Positions 42,485-53,140 of a stretch of 64,000 bases of DNA are shown piece after piece. The DNA comes from Desulfobacterales bacterium (GTDB lineage: Bacteria > Desulfobacterota > Desulfobacteria > Desulfobacterales > UBA2174). The first letter of the stretch is position 1. Every line of letters starts with the position of its first letter. The notes below the pieces were generated by a model. The model saw only the letters and a program-made list of their open reading frames with translations, was not told the origin of the DNA and searched no databases. The position numbers and the translations under genes were made by a program. The stretch is from the NCBI GenBank assembly GCA_963668645.2, contig CAXXWC010000019.1, positions 256,001 through 320,000 of the forward strand, read 5' to 3'.

Positions 42485-43333
42485 TCACCCCTTTGTTATC
42501 TTGGCCTTGCCGCCCACCCGCTGCATGATGCGGTCCAGGATGATGGCCACGATCACGATACCGATCCCGGCCTCGAAGCCTTGACCGGGCTGCAACCGCT
42601 GGATGGCCTTCCATACTTCGCCGCCCAGCCCCTTGGCGCCGATCATGGCCGCAATGACCACCATGGAAAGGGCCAGCATGATGGTCTGGTTGATCCCGGC
42701 CATGATGGTGGGCATGGCCAGGGGGAGCTGAAGCTTGAAAAGCTTTTGGCGTCGGTCGCAACCGAAGGCATCGGCCGCCTCGATCAATTCCCAGGGCACC
42801 TGGCGGATCCCGAGACCGGTGAGCCGGATGGCCGGCGGGACGGAGAAAATCACCGTCGAAAAGATCGCCGCCACGGGCCCCAAACCGAAGAAGGGGATGG
42901 CCGGAATCAGGTAAACGAAGGCCGGCATGGTTTGCATGAAATCGAGCACCGGTGTGATGATGCGGTTGACCGGCTCGCTCAGGGCCGCCAGGATGCCCAG
43001 CGGCAATCCGATCAGAACGGCAAAGAAGGTGGCGATCAGCACCAGGGCCAAAGTGCTCACCGTGGGGGCCCAGAGCCCCAGGTTCCAAATCAGTCCCAGT
43101 CCCAGCAAGGCAAAGAGCGCAATCCCGCGCCGGCGGCTCAAAAACCAGGCCAGGCCGGTCAGAAACAGGATCATAAGCCAGGCCGGGAAAAACATCATGC
43201 CGTCCACCAACAGGCGGATGCCGTGCTCGGTCAGACCGGAAAAGGCCCGGGTGGCAAATGAAAAGTGATTGACGAAAAAATCAATCAGCACCTCAATCCC
43301 ATTGCCGATGGGAATCTTGTAAGGATTCATCAA
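42485..43333 (-). CDS. opuAB: Glycine betaine ABC transporter permease
   Basis: LDFMQTMPAFVYLIP, EAADAFG, GINQTIMLALSMVV. Confidence 0.92.
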   Translation of the reverse strand: MMNPYKIPIGNGIEVLIDFFVNHFSFATRAFSGLTEHGIRLLVDGMMFFPAWLMILFLTGLAWFLSRRRGIALFALLGLGLIWNLGLWAPTVSTLALVLIATFFAVLIGLPLGILAALSEPVNRIITPVLDFMQTMPAFVYLIPAIPFFGLGPVAAIFSTVIFSVPPAIRLTGLGIRQVPWELIEAADAFGCDRRQKLFKLQLPLAMPTIMAGINQTIMLALSMVVIAAMIGAKGLGGEVWKAIQRLQPGQGFEAGIGIVIVAIILDRIMQRVGGKAKITKG

Positions 43334-44529
43334 TCGGATTCCTCTGTTTTCAGGGTAGCGGCGATGCCGGCCAGAAGCGATCCTTTGATCACGACGCCTT
43401 TGAGCCGGTTTTCGGCATCCACCACCGCCACCGGGAAGGACGACTCGGCCAGCAGCGGAAACAGTTCGATGGCCGGGGTATCCGGGCTGACGCGGTCGAT
43501 CTGGCGCCGCAGGACCGCATCCAGGGTCTTGTCTCCACGCTGGGCGGCCCGGGCCGCGTCTTCCGCCGTCACCAAGCCTTCCAGATGGCGGTCCTTGCGC
43601 ACAAAAATCGATGAAATCCCCGCCTTTTCCATCTTGCGCAGGGCCGCCTTGGGGCCGTCGCCGGGGTAGACGGCCACGGCCACGGCCTTTTTCATCACCG
43701 ACTCGGCGGTAATGATCTTGCTCATGTCCACGTCCTCGACAAAACGCGCCACGTAGTCGTTGGCCGGATTGGTGAGGATCTCCTCGGCGGTGCCCTCCTG
43801 GACGATGGCCCCGTCCTTCATCAGAACGATTCGGTCGCCGAGCTTGATGGCCTCGTCCAGATCGTGGCTGATAAACACGATGGTCTTTTGCACCCGGTCC
43901 TGCAGGTCGAGCAGTTCATCCTGCATATCGCGGCGGATCAGCGGATCGAGGGCCGAAAAGGCCTCGTCCATCAACATGATGTCCGGATCCAGGGCCAGGG
44001 CCCGGGCCAGACCGACCCGCTGCTGCATCCCGCCCGAAAGCTGGGCCGGCAACTGGTCCTCCCAGCCCTTGAGCCCCACCTGTTCCAGGGCCTTCATGGC
44101 CTGCTCGCGGCGTTTGGCCGCCTCTACCCCCTGGACCTCGAGACCGAACTCGGTGTTTTGGCAGACGGTACGGTGGGGAAAGAGGGCGAAGTTCTGAAAA
44201 ACCATCCCCAGATGTTTCTGCCGGAATTGGCGCAGTTCGTTTTTGGACAGGGCCGTAACATCCTGCCCGTCGATGACCACCTTGCCGGCGGTCGGTTCGA
44301 TGAGCCGGTTCAGGCAACGCACCAAAGTCGACTTGCCGCTGCCCGAAAGGCCCATGACCACGACGATTTCGCCTTCCTGGACCGTAAAGGAAGCATCGTA
44401 GACCCCCACAGTCTGGCGCGTTTCGGCGAAGATCTCGTCCTTGCGCTTGCCTTGCGCGATCAGTTCCAGCGCTTTTTCCGGATGATGGCCGAAAATTTTG
44501 GTCAGATGTTCAACACGGATCTTTTCCAT
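43330..44529 (-). CDS. opuAA: Glycine betaine ABC transporter ATPase with CBS domains
   Basis: GLSGSGKST, LSGGMQQR, DEAFSALDPLIR, C-terminal CBS pair. Confidence 0.93.
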   Translation of the reverse strand: MEKIRVEHLTKIFGHHPEKALELIAQGKRKDEIFAETRQTVGVYDASFTVQEGEIVVVMGLSGSGKSTLVRCLNRLIEPTAGKVVIDGQDVTALSKNELRQFRQKHLGMVFQNFALFPHRTVCQNTEFGLEVQGVEAAKRREQAMKALEQVGLKGWEDQLPAQLSGGMQQRVGLARALALDPDIMLMDEAFSALDPLIRRDMQDELLDLQDRVQKTIVFISHDLDEAIKLGDRIVLMKDGAIVQEGTAEEILTNPANDYVARFVEDVDMSKIITAESVMKKAVAVAVYPGDGPKAALRKMEKAGISSIFVRKDRHLEGLVTAEDAARAAQRGDKTLDAVLRRQIDRVSPDTPAIELFPLLAESSFPVAVVDAENRLKGVVIKGSLLAGIAATLKTEESD

Positions 44530-44588
44530 GCAGGACCACTGGGCTCCTTAATAATGCGAATAAACGTTGATAAATACCGCCAGCCGAT

Positions 44589-45095
44589 TCAAAGCTCCCG
44601 ATTCACCGCCCCTGACGGGATAACCGGCGGATTCCGGTGCTTGCCCAGATCCATCAGCGCCACAAGCCGCTGCAATGCGCTCAAGATCATCGATTGCTCC
44701 CATCCTGGCAGGCGATTGAAGGCGGCGACAAAAGATTCCTGCATCACCGGCGGCGCTTCGGCAAGCACAACGCCAGCCCTCTCGGTGGCTCGAAGCAGGA
44801 CCCTGCGGCGGTCGATGTCGCTACGCTGGCGGATGATGAATCCCCGGCGTTCAAGCCTTTCGAGAATCCCGGTGACGGTGGCTTGACTCAGGCTGATGGC
44901 CTTGGCCACCTCGCCGGCGGTGGTGCCGCTGCGGCGTGTGATTTCTCTGAGAATGACCAGCTGCGGGCCGGTCAATCCGAAGCGCTTGGCCAGAAAACGC
45001 GAGTGAAGGTCGATGGACTGGATGATCTTTCGCAGACAGTCCAGCACCTGATCACAGACCTGGCCACAAGCCGTAAGGGAGGTTCTCTTTTCCAT
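44589..45095 (-). CDS. MarR-family regulator (EctR/CosR-like)
   Basis: LRKIIQSIDLHSRFL...GLTGPQL, LSQATVTGILERLE, DRRRV. Confidence 0.85.
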   Translation of the reverse strand: MEKRTSLTACGQVCDQVLDCLRKIIQSIDLHSRFLAKRFGLTGPQLVILREITRRSGTTAGEVAKAISLSQATVTGILERLERRGFIIRQRSDIDRRRVLLRATERAGVVLAEAPPVMQESFVAAFNRLPGWEQSMILSALQRLVALMDLGKHRNPPVIPSGAVNREL

Positions 45096-45477
45096 TAAAC
45101 TTCCGCGATGCCACGATCATGTTCGGACCTAATCATTATAACATCAATAATCAGTTCCAACGCGTTTCTTTATTCGTCCTATAATTCTCTAAAACTTGGA
45201 ATATTATAAATTATTTTCTTGTAATCAAAGGCTATATCAATACTCAGCGACCAAATCAGACCCGAAAAAGATAGTTTGTATACAAATTTTTGTCAAGGCT
45301 GATCAGCATAATTATCGATTTGAACAGGAATCGATAGCGCCCCACATCGATTCCTGTGCAGATTAAAGCCTTCCAGGATACGCGCAAGATTTTGATTTGA
45401 TTTCGGGCGGATAAATCTCTATTGGCCCGAGATAAGAGGTTCTGATGGTCAGCCGGTCTGATGACCTGCATTTTCCC

Positions 45478-45505
45478 TTGACATGATTCTAGGGTATGGT
45501 AGTAA
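45478..45505 (+). promoter_or_regulatory. Putative sigma-70 promoter of the liv operon
   Basis: TTGACA-N16-TAGTAA with a TG extension. Confidence 0.45.
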
Positions 45506-45634
45506 ACAATGGTCTATTCCCAGGTATCGATGCGCATCCCCGCGGATAGAGGCTTTGCGGGGTAACGGGCCGATTGAAAAAAGCGTCGAGTTCTCAAAGT
45601 ACTTCACACCACGCAAAGCAAGGAGGAGACTACC

Positions 45635-46765
45635 ATGGGCAAGCGCGTACTACTCGGTATTGCGGTGGCGGTGGGATTGTTACTCTGCGTCCAGCCGGTG
45701 ATGGCCGCCGACACCATCAGAATCGGACTCATGGCACCATTGACCGGAGCCTGGGCCAGCGAAGGCCAGGACATGAAACAGATCGTCGAGCTGCTGGCCG
45801 CAGAGGTCAACAGCCAGGGCGGGCTGCTGGGCAAAAAGGTTGAAATCATAACCGAAGATGACGGCGGAGATCCAAAAACCGCCGCGCTGGCGGCTCAACG
45901 ACTGGCCAACAGCGATATCGTGGCGGTGATCGGCACCTACGGCTCCTCGATCACCGAAGCGTCCCAGAACATCTTCGACGAAGCCGAAATTTTGCAGATC
46001 GCCAACGGTTCGACGGCCATCCGGTTGTCGGAAAAAGGGCTCAAATACTTTTTCCGTTCCTGCCCGCGCGACGACGAGCAGGGCATGGTGGCGGCCAAAA
46101 CGCTGGTCAACATGGGATTTAAGAAAATTGCCATCCTCCACGACAACACCTCCTATGCCAAAGGTCTGGCTGACGAGGCCAAGGGCCTGCTGGAAAAGCA
46201 GCCGGTCAAGATCGTCTTTTACGATGCACTGACCCCGGGCGAACGCGACTACAACACCATTTTGACTAAAATCAAGGCCGCCGGGCCGGATGTGGTTTTC
46301 TTCTCGGCCTACTATCCTGAAGCCGGCCTGCTGCTGCGCCAGAAAATGGAAATGGGCTGGAACGTGCCGTTCATCGGCGGGGATGCCACCAACAACCCGG
46401 ACCTGGTCAAGATCGCCGGCAAGGATGCCGCGGCCGGCTTCTACTTCTTGAGCCCTCCCGTGCCCCAGGATCTTGACAGCTCGGCGGCCAAAAACTTCAT
46501 GAACGCCTTCAAGAAGAAGTACAACGCCGAACCCGGCTCGGTCTGGGCCGTGCTGGCCGGCGACGGGTTCAACGCCGTAGCCGCCGCCATCAAGGGCTGC
46601 GGGTCGACCGAGAGCGCCAAGATGGCCGCTTACATGAAAAAGGACCTCAAAAACATGCCGGGGCTGACCGGCAACATCTCCTTCAACAACAAGGGCGACC
46701 GCGTGGGTGATCTGTACCGGGTTTACAAGGTCGCCACCGACGGCAAGTTCGTCCTGCAACCGTAA
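45635..46765 (+). CDS. livK: Branched-chain amino acid-type ABC substrate-binding protein
   Basis: Signal peptide, IGLMAPLTG, EDDGGDP, HDNTSYAKGLA. Confidence 0.85.
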   Translation: MGKRVLLGIAVAVGLLLCVQPVMAADTIRIGLMAPLTGAWASEGQDMKQIVELLAAEVNSQGGLLGKKVEIITEDDGGDPKTAALAAQRLANSDIVAVIGTYGSSITEASQNIFDEAEILQIANGSTAIRLSEKGLKYFFRSCPRDDEQGMVAAKTLVNMGFKKIAILHDNTSYAKGLADEAKGLLEKQPVKIVFYDALTPGERDYNTILTKIKAAGPDVVFFSAYYPEAGLLLRQKMEMGWNVPFIGGDATNNPDLVKIAGKDAAAGFYFLSPPVPQDLDSSAAKNFMNAFKKKYNAEPGSVWAVLAGDGFNAVAAAIKGCGSTESAKMAAYMKKDLKNMPGLTGNISFNNKGDRVGDLYRVYKVATDGKFVLQP

Positions 46766-46903
46766 CCTGCCGCAAACGTGTCGCACACCGATGGAGTATA
46801 GAGACGCCGGTCCACTATGGCCTTTTGGCCGGGCCGGCGTCTTTTTTTAGGGCGCGGCCTCGTCGCGCCGAACCCCTGCCACTTTGCCATACGGGGGAAC
46901 CCT

Positions 46904-47809
46904 ATGGAATTTTTCTTCCAACAGTTGACCAACGGATTGGCCGTCGGCGGCATCTATGCGCTGATCGCCCTGGGCTACACCATGGTCTACGGGGTGCTGA
47001 AGCTGATCAACTTCGCCCACGGCGACCTGTTCATGATCGGGGCCTACCTCGGCCTGACGCTGCTCACCGCCTTGGGGCTGGCCGATCACCTCGGACCCTT
47101 CGGGGTGATCGCCGTGCTGGCGGTAATGGTGCTGATGCTGGTGGCGATCCTGGGAGTGCTGCTCGAACGGATCGCCTACAAGCCGCTGCGCCAGGCCCAC
47201 CGGCTGTCGGCGGTGGTCTCGGCGCTGGGCGCTTCGATCTTCTTTCAAAACATCGTGATGGTGATCTACGGGGCCAAGTTCCGCGTCTACCCGCACGATC
47301 TTTTGCCGCGCACGGTGGTTCATGTGTTCGGTATGCCGGTCCCGTTGATCCGGATCCTGATCCTGCTTGCCTCGGTGTTGATGATGGTGGCGCTATACGC
47401 GTTTATCCAGCGCACCAAGGTCGGCACCGCCATCCGGGCTGCGGCCATCGATCAGGGTGCGGCCCGGCTGATGGGAATCAATGTCGACCGGGTCATCGCC
47501 CTGGTGTTCGTCATCGGCCCGGCCTTGGGCGGGGCCGCCGGCCTGATGGTGGGGGTCTACTACGGCCAGATCAACTTCACCATGGGGTGGATCTACGGCC
47601 TGAAGGCCTTTACCGCGGCCATCCTCGGCGGAATCGGCAACATCCCCGGCGCCATGGTGGGCGGACTGCTCCTGGGCGTAATCGAAGCCCTGGCAGCCGC
47701 CTACCTGTCCGTGGCCTGGAAGGACGCCTTCGCTTTTTGCGTGCTGATCCTGATTTTGATCGTACGGCCCACCGGTCTGTTGGGGGAACGGGTGGCGGAA
47801 AAAGTCTGA
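46904..47809 (+). CDS. livH: BCAA-type ABC permease
   Basis: YALIALGYTMVYG, INFAHG, KAFTAAILGGIG. Confidence 0.92.
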   Translation: MEFFFQQLTNGLAVGGIYALIALGYTMVYGVLKLINFAHGDLFMIGAYLGLTLLTALGLADHLGPFGVIAVLAVMVLMLVAILGVLLERIAYKPLRQAHRLSAVVSALGASIFFQNIVMVIYGAKFRVYPHDLLPRTVVHVFGMPVPLIRILILLASVLMMVALYAFIQRTKVGTAIRAAAIDQGAARLMGINVDRVIALVFVIGPALGGAAGLMVGVYYGQINFTMGWIYGLKAFTAAILGGIGNIPGAMVGGLLLGVIEALAAAYLSVAWKDAFAFCVLILILIVRPTGLLGERVAEKV

Positions 47810-47878
47810 TCCGCCGCGCCGCCGGCCGCTGAGGCCGGTGGCGGCCTAACTTTCAATCGCGGCGATGCGGGGAACCCC

Positions 47879-48838
47879 ATGAAGAACAAACGCTTCATCC
47901 TCTATGCAATCTGCACGGCACTGCTCTTGCTGTCACCGGCGGTGCTCAACCGGTATTGGACCGACGTGCTCAACGTCGTGGGCCTTTATGTGATGCTCTC
48001 TTTGAGCCTGAACATCATCCTGGGCCATTGCGGCATGTTTCACATGGGCCATGCGGCCTTTTACGCCGTGGGGGCGTACACCACTGCGATCCTCAATACC
48101 ATGTACGGGATCCCGGTCCTGTGGCTCATGCCCCTGAGCGGTCTTTTGGCCGGACTCTTCGCCCTGGTGATCGCCCGGCCGATCATCCACCTGCGCGGCG
48201 ACTACCTGTTGATCGTCACCATCGGGTTCGTGGAGATCGTGCGCATCGCCCTGATCAACAACGTCTTCGGGATCACCGGCGGGGCCAACGGCATCTTCGG
48301 CATCGACCGGCCGACCCTCTTCGGCGCCAAGATCAGCAAGCCGGCAGAGTTCTTCTACCTGATCTGGTTCTTCGTGGCCATGACCGTCTTTTTGTTTTAC
48401 AAACTGGAGCACTCGCGCTTCGGCCGAGCCCTGAACTTCATCCGTGAAGACGACGTGGCCGCCGAAGGCAGCGGGATCGACGCGGGCCACTACAAGCTGA
48501 TCGCCTTTGTCATCGGGGCGGTATGGGCCGGCTTCTGCGGGACCCTGTTCGCCGCCAAGATGACCATCATCGCGCCGGAATCATTCAACTTTTGGGAATC
48601 AGTGCTCATGTTCATGATCGTGCTGCTCGGCGGGCGTGGCTCGATTCCGGGCGTGATCCTGGGCGCCTTTCTCGTCGTCGGCCTGCCGGAACTGTTCCGG
48701 CAGTTCGCCACGGCGCGCATGCTGGTCTTCGGGGCGGTGATGGTCGGGATGATGATCTTCCGGCCAGAGGGGATCCTGCCGCCGCCGCCACGCGCCTACC
48801 GTCTCGATGACCTGGACGGGCCGAAGGAGGCATCATGA
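47879..48838 (+). CDS. livM: BCAA-type ABC permease
   Basis: [25 protein letters not shown]. Confidence 0.9.
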   Translation: MKNKRFILYAICTALLLLSPAVLNRYWTDVLNVVGLYVMLSLSLNIILGHCGMFHMGHAAFYAVGAYTTAILNTMYGIPVLWLMPLSGLLAGLFALVIARPIIHLRGDYLLIVTIGFVEIVRIALINNVFGITGGANGIFGIDRPTLFGAKISKPAEFFYLIWFFVAMTVFLFYKLEHSRFGRALNFIREDDVAAEGSGIDAGHYKLIAFVIGAVWAGFCGTLFAAKMTIIAPESFNFWESVLMFMIVLLGGRGSIPGVILGAFLVVGLPELFRQFATARMLVFGAVMVGMMIFRPEGILPPPPRAYRLDDLDGPKEAS

Positions 48839-49599
48839 CCCTCTTGAAGCTGGAAAACCTCACCAAACGATTCGGCGGCCTAACGGCCGTCGACAACGTC
48901 AATTTCGAGGTCACCGCCGGCGCCATCGTCGGGCTGATCGGACCCAACGGGGCGGGCAAGACCACCGTCTTCAACCTGATCACCGGCAACTACCGAGCCG
49001 ACGAGGGAAATATCGTCTTCGACGGCCGTTCGATCCGCTCCCTGCCGACCCACAAGATCGTGTCTCTCGGCATCGCCCGCACCTTCCAGACCATCCGCCT
49101 CTTCCAGAAGCTCACCGCCCTGGAGAATGTCCTGGCCGGCTGCCACTGCCGGATGAAGGCCGGATCCATCGCCGGGATGTTCCAGCCCCCCGGCCAGCGG
49201 CGCGAGGAGCGTCAGGCCCTGGAAAAGGCCGTATCCGAGCTGCGTTTCGTCAAACTCGAACACCAGGCGATGAACTTGGCCGAAAACCTCTCCTACGGCA
49301 ATCAGCGTCTGCTCGAAATCGCCCGGGCCCTGGCCACCGAGCCGCGCCTGGTGATCCTCGACGAGCCGGCCGGCGGGATGAACGACCAGGAAACGGCCCG
49401 GCTCATCGACACGATCCGCCAGATCCAGGCCCGCGGGATCACCGTACTGCTCATCGAACACGATATGAGCCTGGTGATGAAGGCCTGCGAACATATCGTG
49501 GTGCTGGAAAACGGCGCCAAGATCGCCGAAGGCCCACCGGCGGCCATCCGGTCCAACCCCAAGGTCATCGAGGCATATCTGGGCACGGAAGAGGAGTGA
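48835..49599 (+). CDS. livG: BCAA-type ABC ATPase
   Basis: [30 protein letters not shown]. Confidence 0.92.
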   Translation: MTLLKLENLTKRFGGLTAVDNVNFEVTAGAIVGLIGPNGAGKTTVFNLITGNYRADEGNIVFDGRSIRSLPTHKIVSLGIARTFQTIRLFQKLTALENVLAGCHCRMKAGSIAGMFQPPGQRREERQALEKAVSELRFVKLEHQAMNLAENLSYGNQRLLEIARALATEPRLVILDEPAGGMNDQETARLIDTIRQIQARGITVLLIEHDMSLVMKACEHIVVLENGAKIAEGPPAAIRSNPKVIEAYLGTEEE

Positions 49600-49603
49600 C
49601 GGC

Positions 49604-50317
49604 ATGCTGCTTAAAATAGAAAATCTGCACGTCAAATACGGCAACGTGGAAGCGCTGCACGGGATCGATATCGAAGTCGAACAGGGCGAGATCGTCACCA
49701 TCCTGGGGGCCAACGGCGCCGGCAAGTCCACCACCCTGATGGCGATCAGCGGGCTGGTCAAGGCCAGCCAGGGGGCCATCGTCTTCGACGGGCAGCCGCT
49801 GCACAAGATGGCGGCCCATGAGATCGTAAGCCGGGGCGTGGCCCAGGCGCCGGAGGGACGCCGGGTCTTCGGCATCCTGACCGTGCGCGAAAACCTTTTT
49901 CTGGGGGCCTATACCTCCAATGACCAGCAAAAAATCAACCGGAATCTCGAATGGGTTTTCGATCTGTTCCCGCGCCTCAAGGAACGCGAGAAACAGATGG
50001 CCGGCACCCTCTCGGGCGGCGAGCAACAGATGCTGGCCGTGGGCCGGGCCCTGATGGGCAGCCCGCGCATCCTGCTGCTGGACGAACCGAGCCTCGGGCT
50101 GGCGCCGCTGCTGGTCAAGATCATCTTCGACACGGTGCGCCAAATCAACGCAGCCGGCGTGACGGTGGTCCTGGTGGAGCAAAACGCCCGGGCCGCGCTC
50201 AAGCTTGCCAACCGCGGTTACGTGATGGAGGTGGGCAACATCGTACTCAAGGACTCGGCCGCCAACCTGCTGGCCAATCCCGAAGTCCAGGCCGCCTACC
50301 TGGGCGGCAAAAATTGA
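49604..50317 (+). CDS. livF: BCAA-type ABC ATPase
   Basis: GANGAGKST, PEGRRVF, LSGGEQQM, DEPSLGLAP. Confidence 0.93.
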   Translation: MLLKIENLHVKYGNVEALHGIDIEVEQGEIVTILGANGAGKSTTLMAISGLVKASQGAIVFDGQPLHKMAAHEIVSRGVAQAPEGRRVFGILTVRENLFLGAYTSNDQQKINRNLEWVFDLFPRLKEREKQMAGTLSGGEQQMLAVGRALMGSPRILLLDEPSLGLAPLLVKIIFDTVRQINAAGVTVVLVEQNARAALKLANRGYVMEVGNIVLKDSAANLLANPEVQAAYLGGKN

Positions 50318-50781
50318 TGCACCCCATGAGCCGCTGCCGCTTCCGGGCCGGCCGATGAACCCATCCCGCAGAACGGGTTCGATTGCCCAGCAAAACACAT
50401 AATTGTTGTTTTACAAGAACGAAATGCCATTCTTGTATTATACAAATAATCAAATAACAGATCTGCAACTTCTTTCCCGTCCCCCCACCCGCCCATACAT
50501 GCCATCCACCTGCACACGCGGGCCGCTTTCCATGCGTGCGAAATCGGCGGCCGCCAGGATCTGAAGTCTGAGCGTAAAAATGGCAAGATAGGCCCGATCG
50601 GGGCGGCGGCTCTTTTCCAGCAGGTCGGCCAGCATTGCCACAGCGACCGCAAAGGACCTGCGCTTCTTCTCCGGTCAGGTACATGGAATCCGCGCCACCC
50701 GGTCTGCTTTTGGATCGACCTTGGTCAGCCAGCGCCGGCCCTTGCCGGGGTCCGGTGGTCTGAAGATCTGAATTTTTTAGA

Positions 50782-50809
50782 TTGACCCGCGATCCATTTG
50801 TGCTAACCT
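50782..50809 (+). promoter_or_regulatory. Putative sigma-70 promoter of the FadR-type regulator
   Basis: TTGACC-N16-TAACCT with TG extension; TGGTCTGATGA FadR-like half-site just downstream. Confidence 0.4.
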
Positions 50810-51020
50810 TCGCCTCAAGCCGAATTACAGGATTGGTGGTCTGATGACTATGGACGGACCGGACAGCCGAATGCCCATCCTCGACAAGCGAAGTGTTGGT
50901 TCAGCCCGGTTCTCTCGCAGCCCTGCGCTACAAACGCAACGGCGGGGCGGCCAACGGCAGGCTCACCGGCCACGACGAACAGCAACGGCGCCCGGCGCGC
51001 CGAAAGGGAGAAAGCGGACC

Positions 51021-51776
51021 ATGAGCTTTGAGGCCATTCGCAAGAGTACGGCACCGGAGATGGTGGTCGAACAGATTCTGCAGAAACTCGAAACCGGGGA
51101 GTTGCAGCCCGGCGGCCAGCTGCCTTCGCAACGTGAATTGTCCCAGCTTTTCGGCGTGGGACGCAGTTCGGTGCGCGAGGCCACCAACGCTTTGGTGGCG
51201 ATGGGCTATATCGAGGTGATCCAGGGCCGCGGCACGTTCATCCGCCAGCAGCTTCCCGGCACCGATCCATCCACGGCAAAGCTCAAAAACGCCCTGGCGG
51301 CAGGCAACATTTTCGTGTTGATGGAGGCCCGCGAGCTGCTGGAGTGCAAAAGCTGCGAGCTGGCCGCCGAGCGGGCCGACGAAGCCCATCTGCGCCCCCT
51401 TGAAGAGGCCATTGACGAGGCCCGGGGGGCCGGCCCGGATGACTACCCGTGCTTTCTCAATGCCGATCTCAAGTTCCACTACGCCTTGGCCGAGGCCACG
51501 GACAACGAGGTCATCTGCGAGATGATGAAGCTGGTGATCGAAAAGGTTCTGGCCCACCACTCGAGCTTTCGCACCAAGTACCTGTCGGCCAATTTCCGGG
51601 AATTTTCCATCCAGAGCGCCGAACGGGTGATCGCCTGCCTGCGCGACGGCGACAGCGGCCAGGCCGCCGAATGGATGCGCCGCCACCTGGACGCCATCCG
51701 CGGCGAACTCAAGGACATCATCCCGGACGGTCCGGAGCGCAACCGGCTCGAAAAAGCAGCCAAAACGGAAACATAA
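51021..51776 (+). CDS. GntR-family (FadR subfamily) regulator
   Basis: LPSQREL, GVGRSSVREA, GRGTF, FCD domain DLKFH...N...H. Confidence 0.9.
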   Translation: MSFEAIRKSTAPEMVVEQILQKLETGELQPGGQLPSQRELSQLFGVGRSSVREATNALVAMGYIEVIQGRGTFIRQQLPGTDPSTAKLKNALAAGNIFVLMEARELLECKSCELAAERADEAHLRPLEEAIDEARGAGPDDYPCFLNADLKFHYALAEATDNEVICEMMKLVIEKVLAHHSSFRTKYLSANFREFSIQSAERVIACLRDGDSGQAAEWMRRHLDAIRGELKDIIPDGPERNRLEKAAKTET

Positions 51777-51856
51777 CCTGAAAACCAGCCCGTGGCCGGT
51801 TCTTGTTTACAAGCCCTGACCCAACCTTCCGCCCCACTCTGATTTAGAAGAACGAA

Positions 51857-52108
51857 TTACGACTTCACGGCAGCCTGGCGCGCGGCCAGGGCCATCGCCA
51901 CCTCTTCTTTGTATTCGAGGGCCGACAGGTGCCAGCGATGGCAAAGTTCCGGATCGGCGTCGCGATGAAAAGCGGCCTTGAGTTGCCTGATCGTCAGGTG
52001 GTCGTAAAGCCAGGCGCAAAGTGCGCCATCCTCCAGAAAGGCGGACGGACTCGCTTCCGGGTGGGCCGCCAGCAGGCGGTTGAGTTCATCGGCGGTTCGC
52101 GCATTCAT
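51857..52108 (-). CDS. Small hypothetical protein (83 aa)
   Basis: ORF MNARTADELNRLL... with host-like codon usage, downstream of pxpC; no family recognised. Confidence 0.55.
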   Translation of the reverse strand: MNARTADELNRLLAAHPEASPSAFLEDGALCAWLYDHLTIRQLKAAFHRDADPELCHRWHLSALEYKEEVAMALAARQAAVKS

Positions 52109-52192
52109 GGGGCCGGAGCATAACCCGGCGCCGGCCAAAAAGCCACCCCTTGCAGCCTCCGCCGGCCACGGCTGCAAAATCAGGAACGCCGA

Positions 52193-53140
52193 TCAGTGGC
52201 CCGTGCAAAGCAGCGTGTCGATCCAGTCCAGATAGGCCGTCCATTCCCGGTAAAGCACGTGAGCCTCGGCCAGAGTGATCCGGCGGAAAATGAAACTGTC
52301 CCCCGGCTTGGCCTGAGCCACCTTGAACAGGTCGACGGAGATCACCGTGGCGATCTTGGCGTACCCGCCGAGGGTCTGTTCGCAGAGCAGGATGATCGGC
52401 TGGCCGTCTGCCGGAACCTGGACGCTGCCCGGCACGATGGGCTCCGAGACGATACTCGCCGGCGCCCCCTGGTCGCGGATCAGGGGCGGTCCGCTGAGCC
52501 GGTAGCCCATGCGATCGGCCTGGGCCGTGACGGTGTAATCGGCCTCGAAGAACACCTGCCGGCCGGCGGTGAAAAAATCGTCCTGGGGACCGGGCACCAC
52601 GTGCAGCGCGGTGCGCTCGGTGTACAGCGGACGCCAGGGCAGCTGGCGCGGCCGCGCCAGCACGTCGCCCGTCCCACAGGCGAGCACGTCCCCATCGGCC
52701 AGGACCCGCCCCTCGAGGCCACCGAGCCGGCCACGAAGATAGGTCGCGCGGCTGCCCATAACCGGCGGCACCTCGATACCGCCGGTTATGGCCACATAAG
52801 CGCGGCATCCGTTCTCGGCCATGCCGATGTCAACCACGTCCCCGGGCGCGACGCGAATCGAGGTCCACCCCTGGGCAGGTCGCCCGTTGACGGTCAGGGC
52901 CGTGTGCGCACCGGTGACGGCGATGTCCGCCGGGCAGCAGACTTGGAAACAGGGCCCCAAGAGGGTCGCTTCGAGCACGGCGGCGGACGCCGGGTTGCCC
53001 ACCAGGCGGTTGGCCACCCGCAGGGCGAAACCGTCGACCGCCCCGGAAACCGGCACCCCCATGTGAGCGAAACCGAACCGCCCCCGGTCCTGAACGGTGG
53101 TGGCCGGCCCGGCGCAAAGGATCCTGAGAGCCTCTTTCAT
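52193..53140 (-). CDS. pxpC: 5-oxoprolinase subunit C (AHS2/KipA family)
   Basis: TVQDRGR, ANRLVGN, GSRAT, DRMGYRL, QTLGGYAKI. Confidence 0.9.
   Translation of the reverse strand: MKEALRILCAGPATTVQDRGRFGFAHMGVPVSGAVDGFALRVANRLVGNPASAAVLEATLLGPCFQVCCPADIAVTGAHTALTVNGRPAQGWTSIRVAPGDVVDIGMAENGCRAYVAITGGIEVPPVMGSRATYLRGRLGGLEGRVLADGDVLACGTGDVLARPRQLPWRPLYTERTALHVVPGPQDDFFTAGRQVFFEADYTVTAQADRMGYRLSGPPLIRDQGAPASIVSEPIVPGSVQVPADGQPIILLCEQTLGGYAKIATVISVDLFKVAQAKPGDSFIFRRITLAEAHVLYREWTAYLDWIDTLLCTGH

Noticed and set aside
50450..50684. Short minus-strand ORFs after livF
   Set aside because: No RBS or recognisable family; a gene remnant cannot be supported
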